A DNA stretch of 64,000 bases from an uncultured cyanobacterium (GTDB lineage: Bacteria > Cyanobacteriota > Cyanobacteriia > Cyanobacteriales > CAWCAG01), in NCBI GenBank assembly GCA_963803805.1, contig CAWDOD010000004.1, positions 464,839 through 528,838 on the forward strand, read 5' to 3'. Every line of letters begins with the position of its first letter. Positions within the stretch are counted from its first letter, which is position 1. The position numbers and the translations under genes are program-made. A model generated the notes under the pieces. That model saw only the letters and a program-made list of their open reading frames with translations. It did no database searches and was not told the origin of the DNA. Below, in pieces: positions 9,513 through 18,546 of this stretch.

Positions 9513-10693
9513 ATGGAAAATCTCTCTATTAACTCTGTGATCGCAGAAATTTTATCTCCCTACGAATTAGTCGAATTTTTTGAGAAGTATTGGACGCAAA
9601 AGAGCATTTTTATTCCTAATAATGGTCGTCGCTTCAACCAGATTTTCTCCTGGCAAAAACTCAACCATTTACTTAACTTTCATGAGTTCGATTACCCCTC
9701 TCTACGTTTAGCTAAAAATGGAGAAGTTTTACCTCCGAAAGAAAACGCTCATTTCCTGAAACATTGTCAAGAGGGAGCAACTTTAATCATTGATCGTTTA
9801 CACAAACTGGTTCCTGAAGTAGGGCGTTTTGCCGCAGCAATCAAAGATGATTTAGGTCATCCTTTACAAGTAAATATGTATTGTTCTTGCCCCAAGTACA
9901 GGGATTCAAGTGTCATTATGATACCCACGAAGTATTTATTTTACAAGTAGATGGCTGTAAACAATGGCATATTTTTGCTGATACAGTTAAGTACCCTTTA
10001 AAAGAAGAGAAATCATCTGCTCATTGCCCCCCCGAAAGTGAACCTTATTTAAGCTGTATCCTCGAACCTGGGGATGTTCTCTATATTCCGAGAGGACATT
10101 GGCATTATGCTAAGACAGTAGATCAACCATCTTTACACCTTACTTTAGGGGTACATTGTTTAACGGGAATAGACTTTTTGCAGTGGTTAACAAAACAGCT
10201 AAAGGAAGAACAAGAATGGCGAACTAATTTACCGGTGATTAATAATAACTGTTCTGTTTCTCTCAACAAATACTTAGATAGTTTAACAGGGAGTTTAGCT
10301 AATTATTTACACACTAACAACTCTAGTGCTGAATATGCACAATATATAGCCAATTCAGAAAATCTCATTCCTAAGTATGCCTTTCCCTATCAAGCGGGCT
10401 ACCAAATTTTTGCCCAAGGTATCAACACAAAGTTTATGCGTCCAAAGTACCAGCGATCGCAGATTATAGAATTACCAGGACAGCAAGGTTATAAAATTAT
10501 AGTTTGGCACAAAGAAATCATCTTAAAAGGTGTCCCCAAATCTTTTGTTAATAAGTTATTTCATCAAGAAACTTTTACTGGTATAGATGTAGCCAGTTGG
10601 TTGTCAGAGGATTTTGATTGGGAAGTAGATATTGCCCCGACTCTACGGCGTTTAGTTACAGAAGGAATTATTTTTGTTGTCAATGATGCCTAG
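9513..10693 (+). CDS. JmjC/Cupin_4 (YcfD/ROX-like) Fe(II)/2-oxoglutarate oxygenase, split by a one-base frameshift near 9890
   Basis: N-terminal half FFEKYWTQK..GATLII..QVNMY; C-terminal half GFKCHYDTHEVFILQVDGCKQW (HxD plus K), LEPGDVLYIPRGHWHYA, SLHLTLG and a winged-helix-like C-terminus LRRLVTEGII. One extra base in TGCCCCAAG fuses the two ORFs. Confidence 0.88.
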
Positions 10694-10830
10694 TAAGCTG
10701 GCAGGTATTTATATTGTCGATGGGGGGAGGTAATGGGTAATAGGTAATGGGTAAGAATTACAGCTTATCATCTTAGTTAATTCAACAATATAAGGCTTTG
10801 TGATCGCACAATTTTTTTGCCTACAAGTAA
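10694..10830. repeat. MITE-like element, family B (degenerate copy)
   Basis: Starts TAAGCTG; contains GGTAATG/GGTAATA heptamers and TTAGTTAATTCAACAATAT, shared with 37772-37884. Confidence 0.5.
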
Positions 10831-11025
10831 CATAAAATACGGCAAGCCGAACATTGCTCAGTTATCAATAAATATACTTAAAAAATAAAATCCATAATCT
10901 CTCTGAAGTTAATTGCTAAATTCTTGCATTAAGATGAAAGTCAAGATTTACTCAAATTCCTTATTAAACCTAGGAGGAGTGAGAAATCATCTTTTAGTAA
11001 CAAAAAATTAAATCCCATCTAATTT

Positions 11026-12033
11026 ATGACTCCTTTCTTCTGTGCCAACCTGTCTCGTCAGCTAGGGGAAGACATCATTGGTAGCGCTCCCTCTTACCAA
11101 ACCTACATCATGGTAGAATGCCCTTATCCTTGGGCAGAAAATGCCTTTAAATCTCAAGGCGTTCCCCAAAACTTAAGGGAGTTGGTAGCAGAAGTTAAGG
11201 AAGCCAACTTATCTATTCGCTTTCTTTTAACCTTACCCCCGCAACCAGATCCAGAAAATCAGACGCGGGTATTAATTTTCCAGAAACAGTCAGGGCTAGC
11301 TGTCGGTTATAAGAAACAAGCAATTAAGGTAAGCAATATCACAGATGTTGCACCACTATTAAATAAATACTTAACATCAGAAGGTTTGCAAATTGAAGGT
11401 AAAGCCAGTAGAATCAGAGATTTCTTTGTTTGCACCCATGGAAGCCATGATAAATGTTGTTCTCGCTACGGTTATCCCTTCTTTCGCCAAGGTGTAGCTA
11501 TGGTTGAGAAGCTAGGTTTAGAGGATGTAGGTTTTTGGCAAGTAAGTCATATTGGGGGACATAGGTTTGCCCCAACCTTAATTAGCCTACCTGATGGCAG
11601 GTATTATGGGGCTTTAGACCAGGAATCTTTACAAGCAATCCTCTTACATCAAGGGGATATCACTTGCTTAAACAGAGTTTATCGCGGTTGGGGGCTTTTA
11701 CCCAGAAAAGTCCAAGTTTTAGAAAGAGAATTAATCTTACGCCACGGTTGGGAATGGTTATCTAATTCTGTTAGTTGTCGTATTCTTCAAGATTTTCCTG
11801 AAAAGAATTTAACCCAAGTAGAGTTATTTTGCCAAACCAGCAACGGAGAGACTTGTGCTTACCAAGGAGATATTATCATAGATGAAAGTAAAACTCTGAC
11901 TATGCCAGGTTCTTGTCATGCAGACAAGGCATCAACCTTTGTTAAGTATACTGCTACAAATATTCGTCAAGTAACTAAAGTACAATCTCTAGATCATAAG
12001 CGTTCTGTATCTAGAGTCGAAAAATCAGCTTAG
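11026..12033 (+). CDS. Sucrase/ferredoxin-like (thioredoxin-like 2Fe-2S) protein
   Basis: VECPYPW, FVCTHGSHDKCCSRYG, WQVSHIGGHRFAPT, PDGRYYG, YRGWG. Confidence 0.9.
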   Translation: MTPFFCANLSRQLGEDIIGSAPSYQTYIMVECPYPWAENAFKSQGVPQNLRELVAEVKEANLSIRFLLTLPPQPDPENQTRVLIFQKQSGLAVGYKKQAIKVSNITDVAPLLNKYLTSEGLQIEGKASRIRDFFVCTHGSHDKCCSRYGYPFFRQGVAMVEKLGLEDVGFWQVSHIGGHRFAPTLISLPDGRYYGALDQESLQAILLHQGDITCLNRVYRGWGLLPRKVQVLERELILRHGWEWLSNSVSCRILQDFPEKNLTQVELFCQTSNGETCAYQGDIIIDESKTLTMPGSCHADKASTFVKYTATNIRQVTKVQSLDHKRSVSRVEKSA

Positions 12034-12061
12034 AGGCAATAAATACTATGATAAATGAGAT

Positions 12062-13969
12062 ATGGTGGTATTGAAAAAATGGCAATGGCTCTTACTAATT
12101 AGTCCTATTGCTGGATTAGTTACCTTCTTGCTAATCTCCGCAGGGTGGCAAATTCATCAATGGGGTATTAATTGGATATGGGGGCTATTTATCCTCATCT
12201 TAGCTGGGTGGCGTTGGTTATTGGTAAAATGGACTCGCCCTGGTATTGGGGAAATCGAGACTGCTGTAGCCGAAGCAGAAGCAGAATTAGCCACTGTCCA
12301 AGCAGAAACAGCCAACCTTTTAGCCTCAAATGATCTGATTACCAAAACGGTAGAAACGGCCTTACAAAGCACCTTAGAAACCGCTAGAAATGACCTTCCT
12401 ATTTGGGAAGATTGGACTGCATTTTGGCAACGTTGTCAAGAATTAATTGTTGCTGTTGCCCATGCCTACCATCCGGAAGTTAAATATCCTCTACTCAACA
12501 TCTATATTCCCCAAGCTTACGGCTTAATGCGAGGAACTGTAGATGATATGGATCGTTGGATGGAACAACTATCTCCAGCCTTAAATAAAGTTACTGTCGG
12601 ACAAGGCTTTGAAGCCTATGAAGTTTATCGTAAACTAGAACCATCAGCACGCAAACTCCTGCGCGTCTGGAATTTTGCTCAATGGTTCCTAAATCCCGCC
12701 GCCGCTTTAGCGAAACAAGCTAGTCAGGGTTATAATAACCGTGCAACGGAACAACTTTTAGGGAATTTGGGGCAGATGCTGCGAGAAGTCGCCCTACGGA
12801 ATCTCTGTAAACAAGCTGTAGCCCTTTATGGTAGTGACTCCTTACCAGAATCAACCTTTAACCTTTCTACCCCTAGTTTACCCAAAGCCCAAAGCCAAAC
12901 TCTCCAAGAAATTTTAGCAACCGCAGAACCGACTGAAGTTGTAGAGCAAAAACCTGTTAATATTCTGTTGGTAGGTAGAACTGGTTCAGGTAAAAGCAGT
13001 CTGATCAATACCCTCTTTCAAGCTGAAAAAGCCGAAGTAGATGTTCTTCCCAGCACCGATAGATTGCAAAGTTACCATTGGCAGGTTCCTAATGGAGAAA
13101 GCCTCACCCTTTGGGATACTCCAGGATACGAACAGGCAAATCGTACTGAGTTAAGGGAGTTAGTACTAGATTATGCCATTAATGCCGACCTTCTGCTACT
13201 CGTTACTCCCGCCCTTGATCCTGCCTTACAAATGGATGCAGACTTCCTAGAAGAAGTTGCAACAGTAGTAACAGAACTTCCTACCATTACCGTAGTGACT
13301 CAAGTAGATAGGTTGCGCCCCATTCGTGAATGGCAACCTCCTTATAACTGGCGAGATGGTAACAGTGCCAAGGAGACATCGATCCGAGAGGCAACAAAGT
13401 ATCGCGCCGAACTTTTAGGGCAGTTTTGCAACCTCATTCTTCCTACCGTTACCAGAGATGCCAAAACAAACCGCAATCCTTGGAATATCGAAGAATTATC
13501 TCTAGCTTTAGTAGAAGCGATCGCCCCGGCTAAACAACTACGTTTAGCCCGTTTCCTGCGCGATCGCGAAGCCCGCAGTCTTGCTGCAGCGAAAATAATC
13601 GATCGTTACACATTACAAATGGCTACAACCCAAGGGCTAACTGCCTTGCTGAAAAGCCCTGTCTTGCAATTCATCTCTACCATGTCTACGGGATCACCCA
13701 CCTTAGCCTATGCACTCTCCCAAAAAATTCCTGTAGAACAGTTACCCGTAGTTATTGGTAAACTGCAAATGGGGTACGAACTTCATTCGCTTTTAGAGCC
13801 AGATAAATCCTTCGACTTACTTTCTCTTTGGAATTTGTTATTAGAGAACTCTCAAACCCCGGATCGCAATGCTTGGGCTTTCGGTCATAGCTTGGTAGAA
13901 TACTGGACACAAAATCTGACAAAAGAGCAATTGTCAGAAAGATTTGCTTATTATTTACAACGAACTTAA
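12062..13969 (+). CDS. Membrane-anchored GTPase family protein
   Basis: Two N-terminal TM helices; G1 GRTGSGKS, G3 DTPG, G4-like TQVD. Confidence 0.8.
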   Translation: MVVLKKWQWLLLISPIAGLVTFLLISAGWQIHQWGINWIWGLFILILAGWRWLLVKWTRPGIGEIETAVAEAEAELATVQAETANLLASNDLITKTVETALQSTLETARNDLPIWEDWTAFWQRCQELIVAVAHAYHPEVKYPLLNIYIPQAYGLMRGTVDDMDRWMEQLSPALNKVTVGQGFEAYEVYRKLEPSARKLLRVWNFAQWFLNPAAALAKQASQGYNNRATEQLLGNLGQMLREVALRNLCKQAVALYGSDSLPESTFNLSTPSLPKAQSQTLQEILATAEPTEVVEQKPVNILLVGRTGSGKSSLINTLFQAEKAEVDVLPSTDRLQSYHWQVPNGESLTLWDTPGYEQANRTELRELVLDYAINADLLLLVTPALDPALQMDADFLEEVATVVTELPTITVVTQVDRLRPIREWQPPYNWRDGNSAKETSIREATKYRAELLGQFCNLILPTVTRDAKTNRNPWNIEELSLALVEAIAPAKQLRLARFLRDREARSLAAAKIIDRYTLQMATTQGLTALLKSPVLQFISTMSTGSPTLAYALSQKIPVEQLPVVIGKLQMGYELHSLLEPDKSFDLLSLWNLLLENSQTPDRNAWAFGHSLVEYWTQNLTKEQLSERFAYYLQRT

Positions 13970-13989
13970 TACCATTCACCATTGAACAT

Positions 13990-14086
13990 TAGACATCTCC
14001 GGAAAAGACGGAACAGGGAACAAAAGGAACAATTGATGATTCTGAATAGGAAAATTGATGTTATTTTTGATTTTAGGAGATATCTA
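13990..14086. repeat. Short element bounded by inverted repeats
   Basis: TAGACATCTCC ... GGAGATATCTA termini enclosing GGAACA heptamer-like repeats. Confidence 0.45.
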
Positions 14087-14134
14087 TTACAAGTCTAATA
14101 TATCTTTGAGACAACTAAAGAAAAATGGTATAAC

Positions 14135-14401
14135 CTACTCAACCACAATACACCATTCATGAAGCTTATATTCCACACAACCATTCTTAACTAAAGGGTC
14201 TGCGGCTACAATTTCTTTTGCCTGTGCTAACGAAGTAGCTTCAAAAAGTAGCATTCCTCCCCCTAATTCTCCCCAATAACCACTCCGGGCCTGATGCCCT
14301 TTAGTAATCAAATCCTTAACATAAGCTTTATGGGCAGGAACGTATTGATCAAAGGTAGATTTATTAACAATTCCTTTCTCTATTTTGACAAACCAAGACA
14401 T
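14135..14401 (-). CDS. YciI family protein
   Basis: VPAHKAYV..SGYW..GGGMLLFEATSLAQAKEIVAADPL. Confidence 0.85.
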   Translation of the reverse strand: MSWFVKIEKGIVNKSTFDQYVPAHKAYVKDLITKGHQARSGYWGELGGGMLLFEATSLAQAKEIVAADPLVKNGCVEYKLHEWCIVVE

Positions 14402-14445
14402 TTTTTATTAAGGCTATTTTTAACTAAATAATTGATAATTAAATT

Positions 14446-14646
14446 ATGTCTAAATCTCAACATCGCTTTTTTATTGCCTTGCTACCCTCTGTGGCAGTAC
14501 AGCAATATGCTAACCAAGTCAAACATAACTTCGTGGAAGTTTACAACTCCTGTGCGGCCCAAAAATCTCCTCCTCTAGAACTAGCAACGTTTCTGCCTAC
14601 CCTACTTTATCGCTTCTATAATACTATTTGGTCAGCTTTTGGCTAA
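14446..14646 (+). pseudogene. Truncated 2'-5' RNA ligase (2H phosphoesterase) family gene
   Basis: RFFIALLP..YNSCAAQKSPP; similarity ends just before the expected first HxT motif. Confidence 0.65.
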
Positions 14647-14665
14647 TTTAATCCAATCACCAATT

Positions 14666-15859
14666 ATGTACAGTCGTCGTTATTTCTTGTTAGGTATAGG
14701 TTCAGTAGCTCTGGGGCAAATGGCTTCGGGGTGTAGCATTGGTGCTAAGCTTGACCTAAGAGTACGATTGCTGAAAGACTCGATTCCACCTCAACTGTTA
14801 CGCAGCTTTCGTCAAGAATCACAAGAGCGCATTGCTTTAAATTTTAGAGCAGAAACTCAATTAGCTGGTTTGTTTAAGGATCTAGAGATTTGGCAAGAAG
14901 AATCTCAGCAAAAAAACACTCCAAACAAGCTAGTTCTCCCTTTACGTAGGTTAGTACGCTTAAGTCCTCCGGCAACACCAGATTTACTAAGTTTAGGGGA
15001 TTTTTGGTTAACTGGGGCAATCAAGGAAAAATTGATTCAACCTATTGATGTTAAACAACTTCCTTTATGGAAAGAATTACCTCCCCGTTGGCAAGAATTA
15101 GTTAGACGCGACGAAAAAGGACAACTAAGCAAGTCTGGAAAAATTTGGGGCGCACCCTATCGTTGGGGTTGTAGCGCGATCGCCTATAACCAAGAAAAGT
15201 TTAACTCCCAGGGTTGGGATTTACCAACGGATTGGCAGGATTTGTGGCGGCCAGAATTACGTAATCGTCTTTCTTTATTAGATTCACCAAGAGAAGTTAT
15301 TGGCTTAACTTTAAAGAAGTTGGGTTTAAGTTACAACAGCCCTAATTTAACAGAGGTAGCTAACTTAAAAAAAGAACTCATTGCTCTTCATAAACAGGTC
15401 AAATTATATAGTTCAGACTCTTACTTACAGCCCTTAGTTCTTGAGGATACAGATATTGCTGTTGGTTGGTCTACAGATTTTCTTTCCCTCAAAGCTAGCT
15501 ATCCTAACATTAAAGTGGTGATACCCAACTCAGGAACTGCTCTCTGGGCAGATTTGTGGGTAAACCCCATCTCTTCTCAAAATAGTACTTCAAAAACCAA
15601 AGATGCCCCTTCTCTTTCTCAAAAATGGCTAAATTTCTGTTGGGAATCTCAATCAGCACAGCAAATTTCTTTATTCACCTCTGGTTCATCTCCTATGTTA
15701 AGAACTATCGATAAAGATAAATTACCTGCTGATCTTCGCAAAAATCCTCTTGCCTTACCCAAAGAAAGCATTTGGCAGCAAAGTGAATTTCTATTACCCC
15801 TTTCCGCAAAAACCACACAACAATATGAATCCTTGTGGCAAGAAATTAGGAACAATTAA
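14666..15859 (+). CDS. Polyamine-type ABC transporter substrate-binding lipoprotein (PotD-like)
   Basis: Tat/lipoprotein signal SRRYFLL...ASGC; GAPYRWG, DWQDLW, LLDSPREVIG, PNSGTALWAD. Confidence 0.8.
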   Translation: MYSRRYFLLGIGSVALGQMASGCSIGAKLDLRVRLLKDSIPPQLLRSFRQESQERIALNFRAETQLAGLFKDLEIWQEESQQKNTPNKLVLPLRRLVRLSPPATPDLLSLGDFWLTGAIKEKLIQPIDVKQLPLWKELPPRWQELVRRDEKGQLSKSGKIWGAPYRWGCSAIAYNQEKFNSQGWDLPTDWQDLWRPELRNRLSLLDSPREVIGLTLKKLGLSYNSPNLTEVANLKKELIALHKQVKLYSSDSYLQPLVLEDTDIAVGWSTDFLSLKASYPNIKVVIPNSGTALWADLWVNPISSQNSTSKTKDAPSLSQKWLNFCWESQSAQQISLFTSGSSPMLRTIDKDKLPADLRKNPLALPKESIWQQSEFLLPLSAKTTQQYESLWQEIRNN

Positions 15860-15889
15860 ACAATTAATAATTGATCATTGATCATTGCT

Positions 15890-16096
15890 TTAAGCTAGCT
15901 TCAAAGAATTAACAGGAACCTCATCCCAAGATTCTACAGTCCTCAAACGAGCAATCCAACCCGCAGATTTTTGTTGTTGGGTAAGATTATCCCTAAAAGA
16001 TTGATGACAAGCTTGGGCTAATTCTTGATTACAACTAGCAATACAGCAATAAAGCAAACCGGAAGGATCTATTTGTTCATTGACCCAAATGATCAT
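15890..16096 (-). CDS. Conserved cyanobacterial small hypothetical protein
   Basis: IWVNEQIDPSGLLY..CHQSF..GWIARLRTVESWDEVPVNSLKL looks like a conserved small protein. Confidence 0.7.
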   Translation of the reverse strand: MIIWVNEQIDPSGLLYCCIASCNQELAQACHQSFRDNLTQQQKSAGWIARLRTVESWDEVPVNSLKLA

Positions 16097-16260
16097 AGTA
16101 TCGCTCAATCTCCTATCTTATTAGTACTTGCCGTTAATTGAGGGAGTCCTTCCCCAGTAACCCGGCAAATTCTCCACTCTTCCATAATCGCAGATCCTAA
16201 GCTTTATGGGTTATATAAAATAGATCAATTCGAGGTTAACAAGGAGAGCGAGAATGATCA

Positions 16261-17466
16261 ATGATAGTTTTAGTTCTTAATGCTGGTTCTAGTAGTCAAA
16301 AGAGTTGTCTTTATGGTTTGGGTAACTCTTTGCCAGACACCCCTGCTGAACCCCTATGGTCAGCTCATATAGACTGGACAGTTAATGAAAATGAGGGCAT
16401 TCTTACTGTTAAAAGCAACGATACTCAAAAACAAATAGAAGTAAAAGAAAGTGATAGTGCATTGGGAGTTTTGCTAGATACTTTAGTTACAGGAAAAACT
16501 AAAGTTTTAGATAGTTTAAATGATATTGATATTGTTGCTCATCGAGTAGTTCATGGTGGCGCTAAATATCATCAAGCTACTGTCATTACTCCTGAAGTCA
16601 AGGCAGCGATCGCCGATTTAATTCCCCTTGCTCCTAATCATAATCCGGCCCATTTAAAAGGAATTAATACCATAGCAGAAATTTTACCCCAAGTAACTCA
16701 AGTAGCTGTTTTTGATACAGCTTTCCATACAACCCTTCCCCAAGCAGTGAAAGTTTATCCTTTACCCTACAAATGGTATCAAAAAGGTATTCGCCGCTAT
16801 GGATTTCATGGTATTAGTCATGAATATTGTGCTAAACGTAGCGCCCAGATTTTACAAAAACCCCTTGAAACTCTAAAGATTGTTACTTGTCATTTGGGCA
16901 ATGGTTGTTCTTTAGCTGCTGTTAAAAATGGTATTTGCCTTAACACAACTATGGGATTTTCTCCCTTAGAAGGACTAATGATGGGAACTCGTTGTGGTTC
17001 AATTGATCCGCAAATTCCTATTTATATGATGCAAGAATATGGCTTAGAAGCAGATGAATTAAATCAAATATTTAATCAAGAATCAGGCTTAAAAGGAGTC
17101 TCTGGTATCTCTGCTGATCTCAGAACTATTTTAGAGGCGATTACGGAGGGAAACAAACAAGCAAAGCTAGCTTTTGATATTTATATTCAGCGCTTAAAAA
17201 CCGCTATTGGTGCAATGGTTGCTAGTCTTAACGGTTTAGATGTTTTAGTGTTTACCGCTGGAGTAGGAGAAAATTCTAGTGTTGTTCGTGAAACAACCTG
17301 CAATGGTTTAACTTACCTGGATTTGCAGTTAGATTCAGCCAAAAACAATGCTCATCCTCTAGATAAAAATATTGCTACAGAAGATTCCCAAGTGCAAGTG
17401 TTAGTAATTCATACCCAAGAAGATTGGGCGATCGCAACTCAGGCTGTCAAGAAAATTTGTAGATAG
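16261..17466 (+). CDS. ackA: Acetate kinase
   Basis: LVLNAGSSS, HRVVHGG, FDTAFH, RRYGFHGISH, HLGNG, TAGVGEN. Confidence 0.97.
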   Translation: MIVLVLNAGSSSQKSCLYGLGNSLPDTPAEPLWSAHIDWTVNENEGILTVKSNDTQKQIEVKESDSALGVLLDTLVTGKTKVLDSLNDIDIVAHRVVHGGAKYHQATVITPEVKAAIADLIPLAPNHNPAHLKGINTIAEILPQVTQVAVFDTAFHTTLPQAVKVYPLPYKWYQKGIRRYGFHGISHEYCAKRSAQILQKPLETLKIVTCHLGNGCSLAAVKNGICLNTTMGFSPLEGLMMGTRCGSIDPQIPIYMMQEYGLEADELNQIFNQESGLKGVSGISADLRTILEAITEGNKQAKLAFDIYIQRLKTAIGAMVASLNGLDVLVFTAGVGENSSVVRETTCNGLTYLDLQLDSAKNNAHPLDKNIATEDSQVQVLVIHTQEDWAIATQAVKKICR

Positions 17467-17511
17467 TCTATTCTTCAACCTCAACAGGTGATCTAAATGC
17501 TTAACAGCTTA

Positions 17512-18522
17512 CTACCCTCCATTTCGGGGATTCCAACGAGAACGTAATTCTTCAATGTGCATATTCTCTTTATCCTTCTTAAGATGTCGAGGACTGCTCT
17601 CAAAAGATAAAGAGGATGGCAGTACATCTTGTCCATACTCTGCAAGGATAAACGCTTCTACCTCTTTGTAGGAAGGAGAAAAGCTATCCTTAAAAGGCTG
17701 AGATCCTTGGGATTGAGAACGCCTCAATGCAGCAGAAAACAGACCAGTTCCATCATCGAAAAATCGTTCAGTGGTTTCCCCGTATTCCTGATAAGGATAA
17801 AAAGCTAAGTCTTTAGGGGCTTGGGCAGCAACCCAGGAAACATAAGACCAGTATTCGCTAAAAGTACCAAATTCATTGGCAGAGCGCATCATTAGTAATA
17901 GCCAGTGGTCTTGAGATTCATAGTATCTGTTCACTTGTTGTTTAAATGATTTGAGATACTCCTGCTTGAACCACATATGATGGGGGACAAAGCTGCCTTC
18001 CGGGTTGGTAAGGGGTTTAACCCCAAGTACCGAGGAAATCCACTTGTCCCACTTGGAGACGATGCTAGCATTACCCCAGCCATTGTTTTGAATCAGTGCA
18101 AAGGTATGTTGAACCTTTGAGTCATTTTCGCGAATAAGTGGCCAAGCATCTACAGGAAGTAAGTCACTATCCCAAACAACATACCACTCACTCAAATTAT
18201 CAATACCTTCAAATGCCCCAAGCTTTAATAACTGTTGATAGAACCAACCTGGAGTGTAAAGGGATAACTCTAAATCAAGTTCTGCACAAATTTTGTCTTT
18301 AGTAAGATCGCTCTTTGCAAAGAACTGTTCTTCCTCATAACTATAGAGGGGGGCAACTTGCCATTCCTTAGCTGCTTTTTTGAGCGATCGCGCTTCAACC
18401 GCAGGGGCAATGACATGGATGCTGCGAGGTTGGTAATGGGTAGTAATCCCCTCTAATACCGCTTGGGTATTCCAACGCAAGCGATAAAGAGGGATAACAA
18501 AATCAAATGTTTCTTGTGCCAT
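17512..18522 (-). CDS. DUF6492-like protein, putative GT-A-fold (DxD) transferase
   Basis: FDFVIP, GWFYQQLLKL, YVVWDSD (DxD), SFVPHHMWF, FSEY; begins 24 bp after the cyclase stop on the same strand. Confidence 0.6.
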   Translation of the reverse strand: MAQETFDFVIPLYRLRWNTQAVLEGITTHYQPRSIHVIAPAVEARSLKKAAKEWQVAPLYSYEEEQFFAKSDLTKDKICAELDLELSLYTPGWFYQQLLKLGAFEGIDNLSEWYVVWDSDLLPVDAWPLIRENDSKVQHTFALIQNNGWGNASIVSKWDKWISSVLGVKPLTNPEGSFVPHHMWFKQEYLKSFKQQVNRYYESQDHWLLLMMRSANEFGTFSEYWSYVSWVAAQAPKDLAFYPYQEYGETTERFFDDGTGLFSAALRRSQSQGSQPFKDSFSPSYKEVEAFILAEYGQDVLPSSLSFESSPRHLKKDKENMHIEELRSRWNPRNGG

Positions 18523-18546
18523 GAACTTAGAAAGAAGTTACTTAAT

